DNA of 64,000 nt from Centroscyllium fabricii (lineage: Eukaryota). Positions within the stretch are counted from its first letter, which is position 1, and each line of letters begins with the position of its first letter. A program made the translations under genes and the position numbers. Positions 1 to 11,735 of this stretch are shown here, piece by piece. The stretch lies in NCBI GenBank assembly GCA_051313645.2, contig JBNRSN020000002.1, forward strand, positions 399,590,001-399,654,000, written 5' to 3'. The notes below the pieces were generated by a model that ran no database searches, was not told the DNA's origin, and was given only the letters and a program-made list of their open reading frames with translations.

Positions 1-1853
1 CGGTGGCCGAGGAAGTCAATGGTATCGAGACCGAATTTGCACTTGGTAGGGCTTAATATGAGGCCGTGTTCGGCCAGGCGCTGGAACAGGGTCCTGAGGT
101 GCAGGAGGTGTTCCTGGGGGGAGGTGCTGGCCACGAGGATGTCGTCTAAATAGACGAAAATGAACTTCAAGTCCCGCAGGACCGAGTCCATGAGGCGCTG
201 GAAGGCCTGGGCCGCGTTTTTAAGGCCGAAGGGCATCCTGAGGAACTCGAAGAGCCCGAAGGGGGTGATGACGGCCGTTTTGGGAATGTCCGCCGGGTGC
301 ACCGGAACCTGGTGGTAGCCACGCACCAGGCCAATCTTAGAGAAGATCGTGCAGCCCGCTAGTCTGGCGGAAAAATCCTGGATGTGGGGTACGGGGTGCC
401 TATCCGGGGTAGTGGCGTTGTTGAGGCGGCGGTAGTTACCGCAGGGGTGCCAACCCCCGGCTGGCTTGGGGGCTATGTGGAGAGGAGAGGCCCAGGGGCT
501 GTTGGAGTGGCGGATAATGCCGAGTTGCTCCATGGTGCGGAACTCGGTGCGGGCGATCTCCTGTTTGGCCGGGTCGAGCCTACGGGCGTGGGCATGGATG
601 GGAGGGCCTGTGGTCATAATAAAGGGTTCCACCCCGTGTTTGGCCTGGCGGGCGGTGAACATGGGGTTGGTTAGGGTGGGGAACTCTGCCAGGAGTGTGC
701 CGTAGGCATCGGAGTTCCGCGAGCGGCATTGGGCTGCCGCGTGGGCCAGGAGTGCGGGCCCTGTGGAGCATGGGATGGTCGTCATGTTATTCATGTTAAC
801 CAAGCGGCGCCGGGTCACATCGACCAGTAGGCCGTAGGCGCAGAGGAAATCTGCCCCGAGGAGGGGTGAAGTGACCTGGGCTGTGACGAAATCCCAGGTG
901 TACGTGTGGCTTGCAAGTGTAATAGTGAGCTTGCGGGTGCCGTACGTTTTAATACTGGAGCCGTTGGCCGCTGCGAGTGGCGGGCCCCGGGTGCCTTGTT
1001 TGGTTTCTGCAGGGGAGGCTGGCACGATGCTGTGCTGCGCGCCTGTGTCGCAGAGGAACCTAAGGCCTGTGCCTCTGTCTGTAACAAAGAGCAGTGCTCC
1101 TGTGTGGCCTACAGACATAGTGGGGGCTGGTTTGGGCCGTGGCTTGAACGCGCATGGCTGGACGCAGCGGTGCGCTTTGTTATCGAACCGCGTGTGGTAG
1201 TAGCACCAGCCGGTGCTAGAGGGACGCGGTTGCCTAGGTGGGCGCGGGGCCCTAGGTTCAGGCGTAAAGTTAGGCCTGGGGGGTGATTGGTTGCGCTCTA
1301 CCGATGCGGAGTTAGGGTCGCACGTGGTTGAGCGGGTGCGCTGCGCCTCCATGAGCCTGTCAGCTTCCTCAGCGAGCTCGTCGTCGCTCTGTTGGCCAAG
1401 GGCCGCCAAGGCCGGTCTGATGGAGCGGGGCAGTTTAAGGAGGAAGACGGTGCGGAACAGGGAGGCCGGATTGGGTGTGAGCGCTTGCATCTGACCTAAG
1501 AGGTCCGATGGGTCTGCGTCCCCGAGTTCGGGGAGGTCGAGGAGCTGGCAGTCGCGCTCAAATTGAGAGGGGGTAAAAAAAATTATAAGCGCGGCCTTAA
1601 GGGATTCGTACCTGCCTGTAGTGGGCACACGCTGTATTTTTGACCACATCCGATCGATCGTCGATTGCGGTAGGGCTGAGAACACCAGGTCGTAGCGGTC
1701 GTCCCCCTGGATGCCATGTGTGCGGCAGCTGGTCTCGATGCACATAAACCAGGCCGCTGGCCGTTGCTCCTAGAACTCGGGTAGAGTTAGTCCATGTCCG
1801 AAGTTCTGGCCAAGTCCTTGTGTTCGTGGAGCTTGGTTCCTTGCTCTTGCCAT
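1..1853 (-). pseudogene. gag-pol (gag, protease, RT N-terminal half), disrupted
   Basis: ATG at 1853 gives MARARNQAPRTQGLGQNFGHGLTLPEF then TAG (1770-1772) where the paralogue at 47053 has W; probable frameshift near 1575-1600. Confidence 0.85.
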
Positions 1854-1930
1854 GTTTTCTGTTTAAAATGTTCTTTGGCTGGTGGTCCCTGATCCTGCGG
1901 CAGCTTTTCTTCTTTGGAAGTCGTTCCAAT

Positions 1931-1942
1931 TCGGGGTCACCA
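1931..1942 (-). promoter_or_regulatory. Primer-binding site, tRNA-Trp type
   Basis: TGGTGACCCCGA is complementary to the 3' end of eukaryotic tRNA-Trp (...TCGGGGTCACCA). Confidence 0.8.
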
Positions 1943-1943
1943 C

Positions 1944-2189
1944 TGTAGCGCCAGCAAGGCCTAGGAACCACACGTGAGCCAGAGCTAGAGAAAACACAAC
2001 TTTAATACACTAGAGCTAAACAAGAAAGAGAGTGAACCACTCGCAACAAGCATATTTAAACTGTCCCGCGGTTGGTGACGTCATCGCGTCGGCAGACGTG
2101 GTGACGTCGTCGCGTCACCCGGATGAGCGGGGCTCTGCTCCGTGGAGTTCCCGTGGCGGATTCGGTGTCCCAGTGGGCGTGCCGCCACA
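1944..2189 (-). repeat. 5' LTR (246 bp) of the CsRn1-like element
   Basis: TG...CA ends, TTTAAATA box, two CRE-like TGACGTC motifs, directly followed by the PBS. Confidence 0.85.
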
Positions 2190-3240
2190 ACCACATATAA
2201 TTTGGGACTCCTCTATTAAATCTCCCTTAACCTTCCCTGCTCTAAGAAGAACAATCTTCTCCTTTCTCTCCACATAACTGAGTCTTTCATCCCTGGTACC
2301 AGAAATCTCCTCTACACCCTCTCCAAGGCCTTGACATCCTTCCTAAAGTGTGGTGCCCAGAATTGGACGCAATACTCTAGCTGAGGTCTAACCAGTGATT
2401 TATAAAGATTTAGCATAACTTACTTGCTTTTGAACTCTAAACCTCTATTTATAAAGCCAAGGATCCCATAAGCTTTTTTAACAGCCTTATCGAGTTGTCC
2501 TGTCACCTTCAAAGATTTGTATTCGTAAACCTCCAGGTCTCTCTGTTCCTGCACCCCCTTTAAGATTTTACCAATTAGTTTATATTGCATCTCCTCATAC
2601 TTTCTTCCAAAATGCATCACTTTACACTCTGCATTAAATTTCATCTGCCACATCTCTGCCCATGTCACCAGTCTGTATGTGTCCTCTTGAAATCTCCTAC
2701 TATCCTCCTCACCGTTTACTACATTCCGAGTTTTGTGTCATCTGCAAACTTCGAAATTATGCCCTTTATACCCAAGTCCAGACCATTAACATATATTTAA
2801 AAAGCAATGGTCCTAATAATGACCCCTAAGTGACACCACTGTATACTTCCCTCTGGTCTGAAAAACAGTCGTTCCCCACAACCCTCTGTTTTCTGTTGTA
2901 TCCATGCTGCTACTGCCCCTTTACTCCCATCGGCTTCAATTTTGCCTACAGCTCTATTATGCGGTACTTTGTCAAATGCCTTTTGAAAGTCCATATACAC
3001 AATATCAATCACACTACCCTCATCAACCCTCTCTGTTACTTCATCGAAGAGCTTAATCAAGTTTGTCAGACATAATTTGCTTTTAACAAATCCATGCTGG
3101 CTCTTAGTTATTAACCCATGTCTTTCCAAATGATTATTGCCTCAAAGTTTCCCCAGCACCAACATTTGGTTGAGTGGCCTGTAGTTACCGGGCCTATTCC
3201 TCTCCCCTTGTTTGAACAGGGATGTAACATTTGCAACTCT
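2190..3240 (-). mobile_element. CR1 LINE RT fragment, degraded
   Basis: ORFs with QHGF..CLTNL, MDFQKAFDKVPH and WQMKFNAECKVMHFG. Confidence 0.9.
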
Positions 3241-4232
3241 CGTTTTCTCGTTAAGCCTTTCTTAAAGGCCTATGCTAAGAAAATCACAGAGGGATGTGTG
3301 TGAATTGGTGGGGGATGTGCGTACAGGAAAAAAGTTGGTTCTGAACTCGATTTTTAGAACAGATGTTATGAGCAGCAAAAATAATAAGCACCATCACAAT
3401 CAACTCAATGAACTATTATGCAGGTGTGAGCTGAGACAATGCTGGCAGACTATTGGATCATTGGCATCATACTAAATCTGAGATGATAATGCAGCAACAA
3501 AGTAATTATTCACTAATCGAATGTGCGCCAGTATTCCGAATGGAATATTGAAAAATGTTGTAACAGGCTGGTTCAGTGTAAGTTGCGAATGTATCTCCAT
3601 GCTATTGTATGGCAAAACAAGCATTTGCACAACAGTGTATTTTATTACTTGTAATGTACTTGTGTATTTACAGACTGTCTTTGTACAAGCCAGCAGTCGG
3701 TCACAGGCTGCTTTACTCTGAATTAGCAGTAAATTAGAAATTATTGTGTGACACACGTGTACTTGCACACTGCTTCATCATAATGTTCAATTGTAGTTAC
3801 ATGTCACTGCACCCGAAAAGCAACAATGCATTTGTAGTTTCAGTATGTGATTTTAAACTATGTAAAGGCACTGACTGACACTTTACTATAAATTAAGTAT
3901 TTCTAGTTTCTGTGCTGTCCAGTACTTGTATACTGACAGACTGATTAACTTTATAGCTTTAGTGTATTTTCATGCTACATTACTCTTATGCACTGGCAGA
4001 TTCACTGGTGATTTAACTGTAAGGCACCAATGTACTTGCAGATTACTTACTGTAAAGTACAAATCTATTGATTTACAGTTACAGTAAAATAGCCTATAAA
4101 TATGCTGTTACGTTAGAGTAAACCCATCTGTATCTACAATTATTTTACAGTAAAGAACTCCATGAATACTATCCCATTCTAGTTAAGTATTTTTAATATA
4201 CAATTACATTTTACATTGGTGTAGCTTGTGGA

Positions 4233-4688
4233 ATTTTTTTTAATTCATTGATGGGATGTGGGCGTCGCTGACTGGCTAGGCCTGCATTTAGTGCCCATCC
4301 CTAATTGCCCTTGAGAAGATGGTGGTGAGCTGCCTTCTTGAACCGCTGCAGTGCTTTTGTTTTTCGTAGCGGTTGTTTTTACAACTGAGTGGCTTGCTAA
4401 GCCATTTCAGAGGGCATTAAGAGTCAACCACATTGTTGTGGGTCTGGAGTCACATGTTGGCCAGACCAGGTAAGGACGGAAGATTTCCTTCCCTAAAGGA
4501 CATTAGTGAACCAGCTGGGTTTTTGCAACAATCGACAATGGACAATGGTATCATGGTTGCCATTACTAAGACTAACATTTAAATTCTATCAGCTGCCGTG
4601 GTGGGATTTGAGCCTATATCCTCAGAGCATTTGACTGAGCCTTGGGCTTACTAGTCTAGTGACATAACCACTACGCCACCGCCTCCCC
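4233..4688 (-). mobile_element. tRNA-derived SINE, full length
   Basis: Reverse-complement homologue of 53343-53812; A/B-box head, 3' tail shared with the LINE at 40650-44586. Confidence 0.85.
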
Positions 4689-4919
4689 TTGGTATTCTAC
4701 GTTATATCAGGTAATAAATACTTCACTGTTTTGCAGACAAATGCATCAATAGCTGTCATTAGGAAATAAAAGTTACGAGTGCCAGTTATGATCTCTTACA
4801 GGAAAATATTTGCAAATTTACCTAAAACATAACTTTTAAGAGCAACATATGTCATAAAAGATACACAAAGGAAGTGACAATCACTCCTAATGACTTAAGC
4901 TTGTCAGGTTTAATTGACT

Positions 4920-6069
4920 GGGGCCGATTTTCACGCCGAGCCAGTCTGTGAGCTGGGTACGGAGGCTCGAACCATTTTGAGCTCAAATCTCGTTGCAGCT
5001 CGCGGGTATTGGGTGGCTCAAATGCTGCTCAGGTCTGCAGGAAGTGGGTGGAAGGAACTAATTATACTCCTAGGGCTAGAAATTCGGTGGCTTGCGCCTG
5101 CCGTTAGTGGGTGCTAATTTGGCGCAAGACACTTAGCGCCTGCGCTGCCGCCTTCTGCGATATTCAGTGGGGCGCTGATGTGGGCGGTAGCTGATAGCAC
5201 CCCACTGAATATTACACACTGTTCGCTGCTGAGAATGACGTCATAAGTGCGCGCAGCGCCACTCTCGCGCCAGCGGTTAAAATTGGGTAGCGTTCGCTGA
5301 GTTTCCGGTGAGCGCTACCCGCGACAACGTCATCCTGTCCTTACTGCAGCGGGAGAGCGCTGCTTAAAGGGGAGGGTGCCGGGCGGCCATTTTTGTTGCT
5401 TGCCAACTGCCAGCACCTTCCGCCTCTGCTGCCTCCGGCCTCCCCCCGCTGCCCCCTCCCCGTGGTGTCATGCCTCTTCTCACTGAGCCTGGAACTTCCC
5501 TCGAGTGCCGGGCTCCTTCGGCGTCATGGCGCCCCACGACAGCCCCGTGGGGCTCCGGCCGAAACCGCACTAGGCCCCTCCCCTTTACTCGGGGAAGAAG
5601 TCCTGCAGTACCGCGGCGCGGCACTCTGCGCTGTGTGCCGCAGCGACCCACAGCACCTGGAACTTCAGCTGTAGCGCCTAAAGAACGAGGTCGGGCGCCT
5701 GTATTAGCGTCCGACCTCCTACTATGGGCACTACAACCGAATTTCAGCACTAATGACGCCAGCGGTCGGCAGGCGCTAAAAGTAGTGCTGCACCAAGGTT
5801 ACCGCGAGAAAACGTGCGCGACCCAATTTATCCCCCTACTGTTCCGGGCTTCAGAAGGTTATAGCCCAAGAAATGTTCTGGGTCATTTTTGTATTGTATT
5901 GTTATTGGGGTCCTAACTCTATCACAGGGCTCGGATTTGCACAATCAGGAGGAGTACCACCTGAAACAATTGTGCGCTCCAGCCATTGAAGAGAAGTCTC
6001 CTTTAACGGCGCCATTTTGAGCCTGTTGCTGCCCGTTAACATCAACTTGGCCTGGTGAAAATCAGCCCC
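4920..6069. mobile_element. Non-autonomous TIR element (GGGG..ATTTTC family), host of a nested copy
   Basis: GGGGCCGATTTTCAC at 4920 and GTGAAAATCAGCCCC ending at 6069. Confidence 0.6.
5073..5835. mobile_element. Nested GC-rich non-autonomous TIR element
   Basis: Ends GGGCTAGAAATT / AATTTATCCCC with possible CTA duplication; interior homologous to 61086-61687 (GCGCTGCTTAAAGGG, CACTAGGCCCCTCCCTTTA). Confidence 0.65.
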
Positions 6070-6189
6070 CCTGCATATATGCTTATTTCACAAGTAGAGG
6101 AAATGATTGTGCATATCCTGAGAAATTAATGAAAGCAGGAATAAAGCTGAAAGTCTCAGCAGAAAGATAATATTTTGTATAAAGCCATA

Positions 6190-6533
6190 TGAAGATGGAG
6201 TGGATAGGAAGGACCTATTTCCCTTAGCAGAAGGGTCAATAACCAAGAGGCATAGATTTAAAGTAATTGGTCGGAGGTTTAGAGGGGAGTTGAGGAGAAT
6301 TTTTTTCACCCAGAGGGTGGTGGGTGTCTGGAACTCTGCCTGAAAAGATGGTTTTGGCAAGACTCTCATCACATTTAAAAAGTACTTGGATATGCACTTG
6401 AAGAGCCGTAACCTACAAGGATACGGACCAAGTGCTGGGAAGTGAGATTAGGGTGGATAGCTCTTTGTTGGCCATCATGGACAAGATGGGCCGAATGGCC
6501 TCCTTCTGTGCTGTCAATTTCTATGATTCTATG
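6190..6533 (+). mobile_element. CR1 3' end
   Basis: Encodes RGHRFKV..FFTQRVV..WNS; ends in (TTCTATGA)n. Confidence 0.85.
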
Positions 6534-6584
6534 AAGGGCCTGGATCTCCTGATCTGCTGGGAATCTCACTGAATCAGAAGGAAT

Positions 6585-6780
6585 AAACTCGCATTTGTAT
6601 AGCGCCTTTTACCCCCAAGACATCTCAAAGTACTTTCCAGCCAATTCCATCATTTTGAAGTGTAGTCACTGTTGTAATTTAGGGAAACATGGCAATCAAT
6701 TGCGCACAGCAAGAGCCCACAAACAGCAATGAGATAAAAGACCAGACAAACTGTTTCTGATGGCATTGGTTGTGAGATGA
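6585..6780 (-). mobile_element. L2-like 3' tail fragment
   Basis: Similar to the L2 tail at 55447-55520 (GCATTT.TATAGCGCCTTT...CAAAG). Confidence 0.5.
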
Positions 6781-7287
6781 GCATTGATGTTTCTGCCTGT
6801 GCTCACAAGTGAATTGCTACAAAAGCTCCCTCATGCAAGCTTCCAGAATCACATCAGACATTCAGAAGCTGTTGTCGGAGCCTAGCTGCTGATAGGACAG
6901 CAGGGACCAAACAAACGATAATCAGAAAGTACAGAAGACTGTTGTTCTAGTCCGATCTACTTGAATGCCAAAACTGATTAGATAACATGATTGCCAGCCC
7001 AGTACAAAGAAACCTCTTTGATCTTTTGTGCTGAAATCAGCATTCAGAGTCTTAGAATAATGGTTTTCCCTCGATTTTCGTTCCTTATTTGCTCATCTGT
7101 TTCTACCCTGTAGCAGTGAGAGGAGCTCCATGGAGTCAGGTACCCATTTTAAAAGAGACTCAGTTACAAGATTCTGGATGAAACTTATATGATTTTGTCT
7201 GCTTGATTTTTATTTTGGAGTTCTTAAGTACTTGCAAGTCAAGTTTTGTTCTGCTGGTAACTCAGCAGGCGGAGAGAAAATCAGACT

Positions 7288-7317
7288 TGACGTTTCAGGT
7301 CGCTGACCTTTCGTCAG
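7288..7317 (-). ncRNA. Minimal hammerhead ribozyme, inverted copy
   Basis: Minus strand CTGACGA-A-AGGTC-AGC-GACCT-GAAAC-GTC. Confidence 0.8.
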
Positions 7318-7712
7318 AACTGGAAAAAAGGAAGAAATGGAAAGCAAGGTTGGGGGTTGGGAAAAGGGGGAGGGGATGAAAGAACAAAAGGGAAGGTCAG
7401 TGATAGGATAGAAAGCAGGAGAGATTAAGAGACATTGAGAGACAATATTCAAGGCGAGAGGAGGTAGTAATGGGACAGGTTAAGGAACAAAGGATGGCTC
7501 TGGATAAAGTGTGAATTGTGCTGGCAGAATGTAGGACAGCTGAAGGGAGGGAAGAAAAAAAATGAGGGGGGCCAAACAAAAAGTGTGGATTTAAAAAAAT
7601 GAAGATAATATATGTATGTGATAGGGGCCGAGGTTATGGTCTGAAATTGTTGAACTCTATGTTGAGTCCAGAGGGCTGTAGAGTGCCTAATCGAAAGATG
7701 AGGTGCTGATCC

Positions 7713-9250
7713 TTGAGCTTACCTTCTCTAGATCTTTTCATTGCAAACTGCCGCCGTGACATTGGCCATCTCCATTTCTCTGCTTCCCTCACTCACTCCA
7801 ACCTACCTCCCTCTGAACTTGCAGTACTCCAGTCTCTCAGATCCAACCCCGACATTGTCATTAAACCTGATGACAAGGGTGGTGCTGTTGTTGTTTGGTG
7901 AACCAACCTCTACCAATGGAAGCTGAACGCCAACTCTCCGACACCTCCTCCTACCTCCACCTGGACCATGACCCCATTAGCGAACATCAAGCCACCATTT
8001 CCAAGACTGTCACTGACCTCATCTCCTCTGGAGATCTTCCCCCCACGGCCGCCAACCTCATAGTTCCCCAACCCGCACAGCCCGCTTCTACCTCCTTCCC
8101 AAGATCCACAAACAGGACTGCCCTGGTAGACCCATCATTTCAGCCTGATCTTGCCCCATGGTACTTATCTCTTTCTATTTTGACTCTTTGTTGCCCCTTG
8201 TCTAGTCTCTTCCCACCTACATCCGCGACTCTTCCGATGTCCTCCGCCACTTTAACAGTTTCCAGGCCCCAACTGCCTCCTTTTCACTATGGATATAAAA
8301 TCCCTCTACACTTCCATCCCCCACCAGGATGGCCTGAGGGCACTCCGCTTCTTCCTTGAACAGAGGCCCAACCAGTCCCCATCCGCCACCACCCTCCTCC
8401 GCCTGGCTGAACCTGTTCTCACATTGAACAACTTCTCCTTTGACGCCACTCATTTCCTCCAAATCAAAGGTGTTGCTGTGGGTACCCGCATGGGTCCTAG
8501 CTATTCCTGCCTTTTCGTGGGATATGTGGAACACTCTTTGTTCCAGTCCTGCTCGGGTCCCCTCCCTCACCTCTTTTTCCGGTACATTGATGATTGTATC
8601 AGTGCCGTCTCCTGCTCTCGCCCGAACTAGAAAATTTCATTCACTCTGCTTCCAGTTTCCACCCTTCCCTCACCTTCACATGGTCTATCTCTGACTCTTT
8701 CCTTCCCTTCATCGATTCTCCGTCTCCATCTCTGTGGATAGGCTATTGACTAACATTTACTACGGGCCCACTGACTCCCAAAGCTACCTGGACTACACTT
8801 CCTCCCAACCCGCCTCCTGTAAGGACTCTATTCCATTCTCCCAGTTTCTGTGTCTCCGCCGCATCTGCTCTGACGATGCCACCTTTCATACCAGTGCTTC
8901 TGACGTCTTCTTTTTTCCTCAAACGAGGATTCCCCTCTACAGTGGTTAACACAGCCCTCGACCATGTCCGTTCTATCTCCCGCACTTCTGCCCTCACCCC
9001 TGCCCCTTCTTCCCGGAACCACGATAGTGTTCCCCTCGTCCTCACCTTTCACCCCACCAGCCTCCACATTCAATGGATCATCCTCTGCCATTTCCACCAC
9101 CTCCAGAGTGATCCCAACACCAAATGCATCTTCCCCTCACTTCCCCTTTCAGCATTCCATAGGGATCACTCCCTCCGCGACACCCTAGCCCACTCCTCTG
9201 CCAACCCCAGCACCCCTTCCCCTTCGCCTGATTCCTTCCCGTGTAAGCAC
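7713..9250 (+). pseudogene. Penelope reverse transcriptase, frameshifted
   Basis: RT motifs are spread over ORFs 7713..7901, 7895..8359, 8289..8630, 8734..8949 and 8876..9355. Confidence 0.9.
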
Positions 9251-9255
9251 AGGAG

Positions 9256-9648
9256 ATGCAACACATGTCCTTATACCTACCCTTTCGCACTGTCCAGGGC
9301 CCCAAACACCACTTCCAGGTGGAACAGCGATTTACTTGTACTTCTTGCAATTTAGTATACTGTATTCGCTGCTCACGATGTGGTCTCCTCTGCATTGGGG
9401 AGACCAAACGCAGATTGGGTGACCGCTTTACGGAACACCTCCATTCAGTCCGTAACGGGGACCCCAAACTCCCGGTGGCCTGTCACTTTAATTCACTGCT
9501 CCATTCCCACTCAGATCTCACCGTCCTCAGCCTCTTGCATTGTTCCACGGAAGCTCAGCGTAAGCTCGAGGAACAGCACCTCATCTTCCAATTAGGCACT
9601 TTACAGCCTTCTGGACTCAACATAGAGTTCAACAATTTCAGATCATAA
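9256..9648 (+). CDS. Penelope GIY-YIG endonuclease domain
   Basis: NLVYCIRCSRCGLLCIGETKRRLGDRFTEH...PVACHF...LEEQHLIFQLGTLQPSGLN. Confidence 0.9.
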   Translation: MQHMSLYLPFRTVQGPKHHFQVEQRFTCTSCNLVYCIRCSRCGLLCIGETKRRLGDRFTEHLHSVRNGDPKLPVACHFNSLLHSHSDLTVLSLLHCSTEAQRKLEEQHLIFQLGTLQPSGLNIEFNNFRS

Positions 9649-9976
9649 CCTCGGCCCCTATCATATATATATATTTTCTTTTTTTTTAATCCACACTTTT
9701 TGTTTGCCCCCCTCCTTTTTTTCTCTTCCCTCCCTTCAGCTGTCCTTCATTCTGCCAGCACAATTTACACTTCATCTGGAGCCATTCTTTGTTCCTTAAC
9801 CTGTCCCAATACCACCTCCTCTTGCCATGAATATCTCTTAATGTCTCTCAATGTCTCTTAATCTCTCCTGCTTTCTATCCCGTCACTGACCTTCCCTTTT
9901 GTTCTTACATTCCTCCCCCTTTTCCCAGCTCCTAACTTGCTTCACAATCTATTCCTTTTCCTACTTTTTTCCATTT

Positions 9977-10006
9977 CTGACGAAAGGTCATCGACCTGAA
10001 ACGTTA
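9977..10006 (+). ncRNA. Minimal hammerhead ribozyme
   Basis: CTGACGA-A-AGGTC-ATC-GACCT-GAAAC-GTT: conserved core, stem II, palindromic stem III. Confidence 0.8.
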
Positions 10007-10574
10007 ACTCTGTTTCTCTCTCCACCGATGCTGCCTGGCCTGCTGAGTTTTTCCTATGTTTTCTGTTGTTATTTTGGATTTCCAGCATCCGCTGAATTTT
10101 GCTATCATATTTGTTCTGTTGGTTCCTTGCTGTACTCGTTTCCCTCTGTGTAATTATACTCTTTGCTTGCTCGTTTGTAGTATGATAGCATGCTATTTAC
10201 TGTCTTTGGAGTGGACATGCGAGCATGGTATACAACCCATACAATTTCCACTGCTTAATACTGGGGCAAAAGGGCAATTATTAATCCCGTCACGTTATTC
10301 CTATTCACATCATGCGCGAGTGAGCAACTTTCGCTTCATGGAGACGTGGGTCTGCCAAAGAAAATTTCCTCTTTGCGATGGCCTCAGTATTGGGAGAGAG
10401 CCCAAATTGTAATATTGGCATTACGACCTCATGTGTTTCCAAAAGCACGTGGGGGCAAATAGAGCTGGCATGTTTTTTTCTAACAGTAGCAGCAGTCGTG
10501 GAGAAATTGTGCAGCATGGCAAACAAACACCCCACACCAGAAATTCAGCTGGATTACTCTCTATCTGCTACTAG

Positions 10575-10909
10575 ACAGAGAGAAACTGTTCACAGTGGCA
10601 GCAGGGACAAGAACCAGAGGACACAGATTCAAGGTGATTGGCAAAAGATCCAAAGGCGATGCGAGGGAAAACTTTTTTACACAGCGAGCGGTTAGGATCT
10701 GGAATGCACTGCCTGAAAGGGTGGTGGGGGCAGAGTCAATCGTGGCTTTCAAAAGGGAGGTGGATAAATAGCTGAAGGAAAAAAAATGCAGGGCTACAGG
10801 GAAATGGCGGGGGAGTGGGACTAAGTGAAATGCCCTTGCAGAGAGCCGGCATGGGCTCGAGAGACCGAATGGCCTCCTTCTGTGCTGTAACAATTCTATG
10901 ATTCTATGA
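10575..10909 (+). mobile_element. CR1 3' end
   Basis: Encodes RGHRFKVIG..FFTQRAVRIWNALP; (TTCTATGA)n tail. Confidence 0.85.
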
Positions 10910-11227
10910 TACCGCTCAGCGGCAAACCGCTGCATTCCCGCCACGTTTGTGCCCGCTGCTATTTTAACTCCTGAGACTGGCAGAAGCATAAATGCATACC
11001 ATTAGAGACGAGCATATTTCTGGCCACGACTGGCTGAGTGGCTGAACTCTTCAGTTTTACTCCTTCTGCCCTGTGTGGTATATTCCCCAGCAAAAAGATG
11101 CCCTCCCCGGTACGGAGTTGCACGTGTACATGTCGGGGGAGAACCAGATCAGATAATGATGTGGAGATGCCGGTGTTGGACTGGGGTGGACAAATGTAAG
11201 AAGTCACACAACACCAGGTTATAGCCC

Positions 11228-11500
11228 AACATAAGAACATAAGAAATAGGAGCAGGAGTAGGCCAATCGGCCCCTCGAGCCTGCTCTGCCATTTAACAAG
11301 ATCATGGCTGATCTGATCCTAACCTCAATTTTATTTTTACTCTCCATCCCACCCAAACCCATGTGATCACCCGGGAGAGGCGAAAAACCAGATTAAAAAC
11401 CCAGTGGCCAATTTGGGAGAAAAAATCTGGGAAATTCCTCTCCGACCCATCTAGGCGATCGAAAACTGGTCCAGGAGATCACATGGCCGATCTGAACCTA
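11228..11500 (-). mobile_element. CR1 3' UTR insertion
   Basis: Reverse-complement homologue of 55030-55307, including the (TTCTTATG)n end. Confidence 0.85.
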
Positions 11501-11705
11501 GCCTCACGTCCAGCTTTATTAGAAATCACAAGCTTTCGCTGCTCCTTCGTCAGGTGAAGTGAAGAGATGCATATAGGCACAGCATATATTGCGGTGATTA
11601 TCTCTGCTGAGGTGTGCTAAAGGGCAGTTAGAAAAATGACCTGTAATCATCTGGCAGTGTTCTCTGACTATATATGCTGTGCCTATATGCATCTCTACAC
11701 TTCAC

Positions 11706-11735
11706 CTGACGAAGGAGCAGCGCTCCGAAAGCTTG
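11706..11735 (+). ncRNA. Minimal hammerhead ribozyme
   Basis: CTGACGA-A-GGAGC-AGC-GCTCC-GAAAG-CTT. Confidence 0.75.

Larger units (their letters stand above)
1..2189 (-). mobile_element. Gypsy/Ty3 LTR retrotransposon, CsRn1-like, 5' part (runs off the window start)
   Basis: Minus strand shows LTR TGTGGCGG...GCTACA, then PBS TGGTGACCCCGA, then gag/PR/RT colinear with the element at 46704-51130 (CYYHTRF..C..PC knuckle, CDTGA protease, PFGLFEFLRMPFGL, YLDD). Confidence 0.95.
7260..10095 (+). mobile_element. Penelope-like element (Neptune-type) with an inverted 5' terminal copy
   Basis: RT motifs IKPDDKGGAVVV, MDIKSLYTSIPH, GVAVGTRMGPSY, RYIDD; Cys linker CKHRRCNTC; GIY-YIG domain; 7260-7720 is the reverse complement of about 9560-10040. 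Confidence 0.95.
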
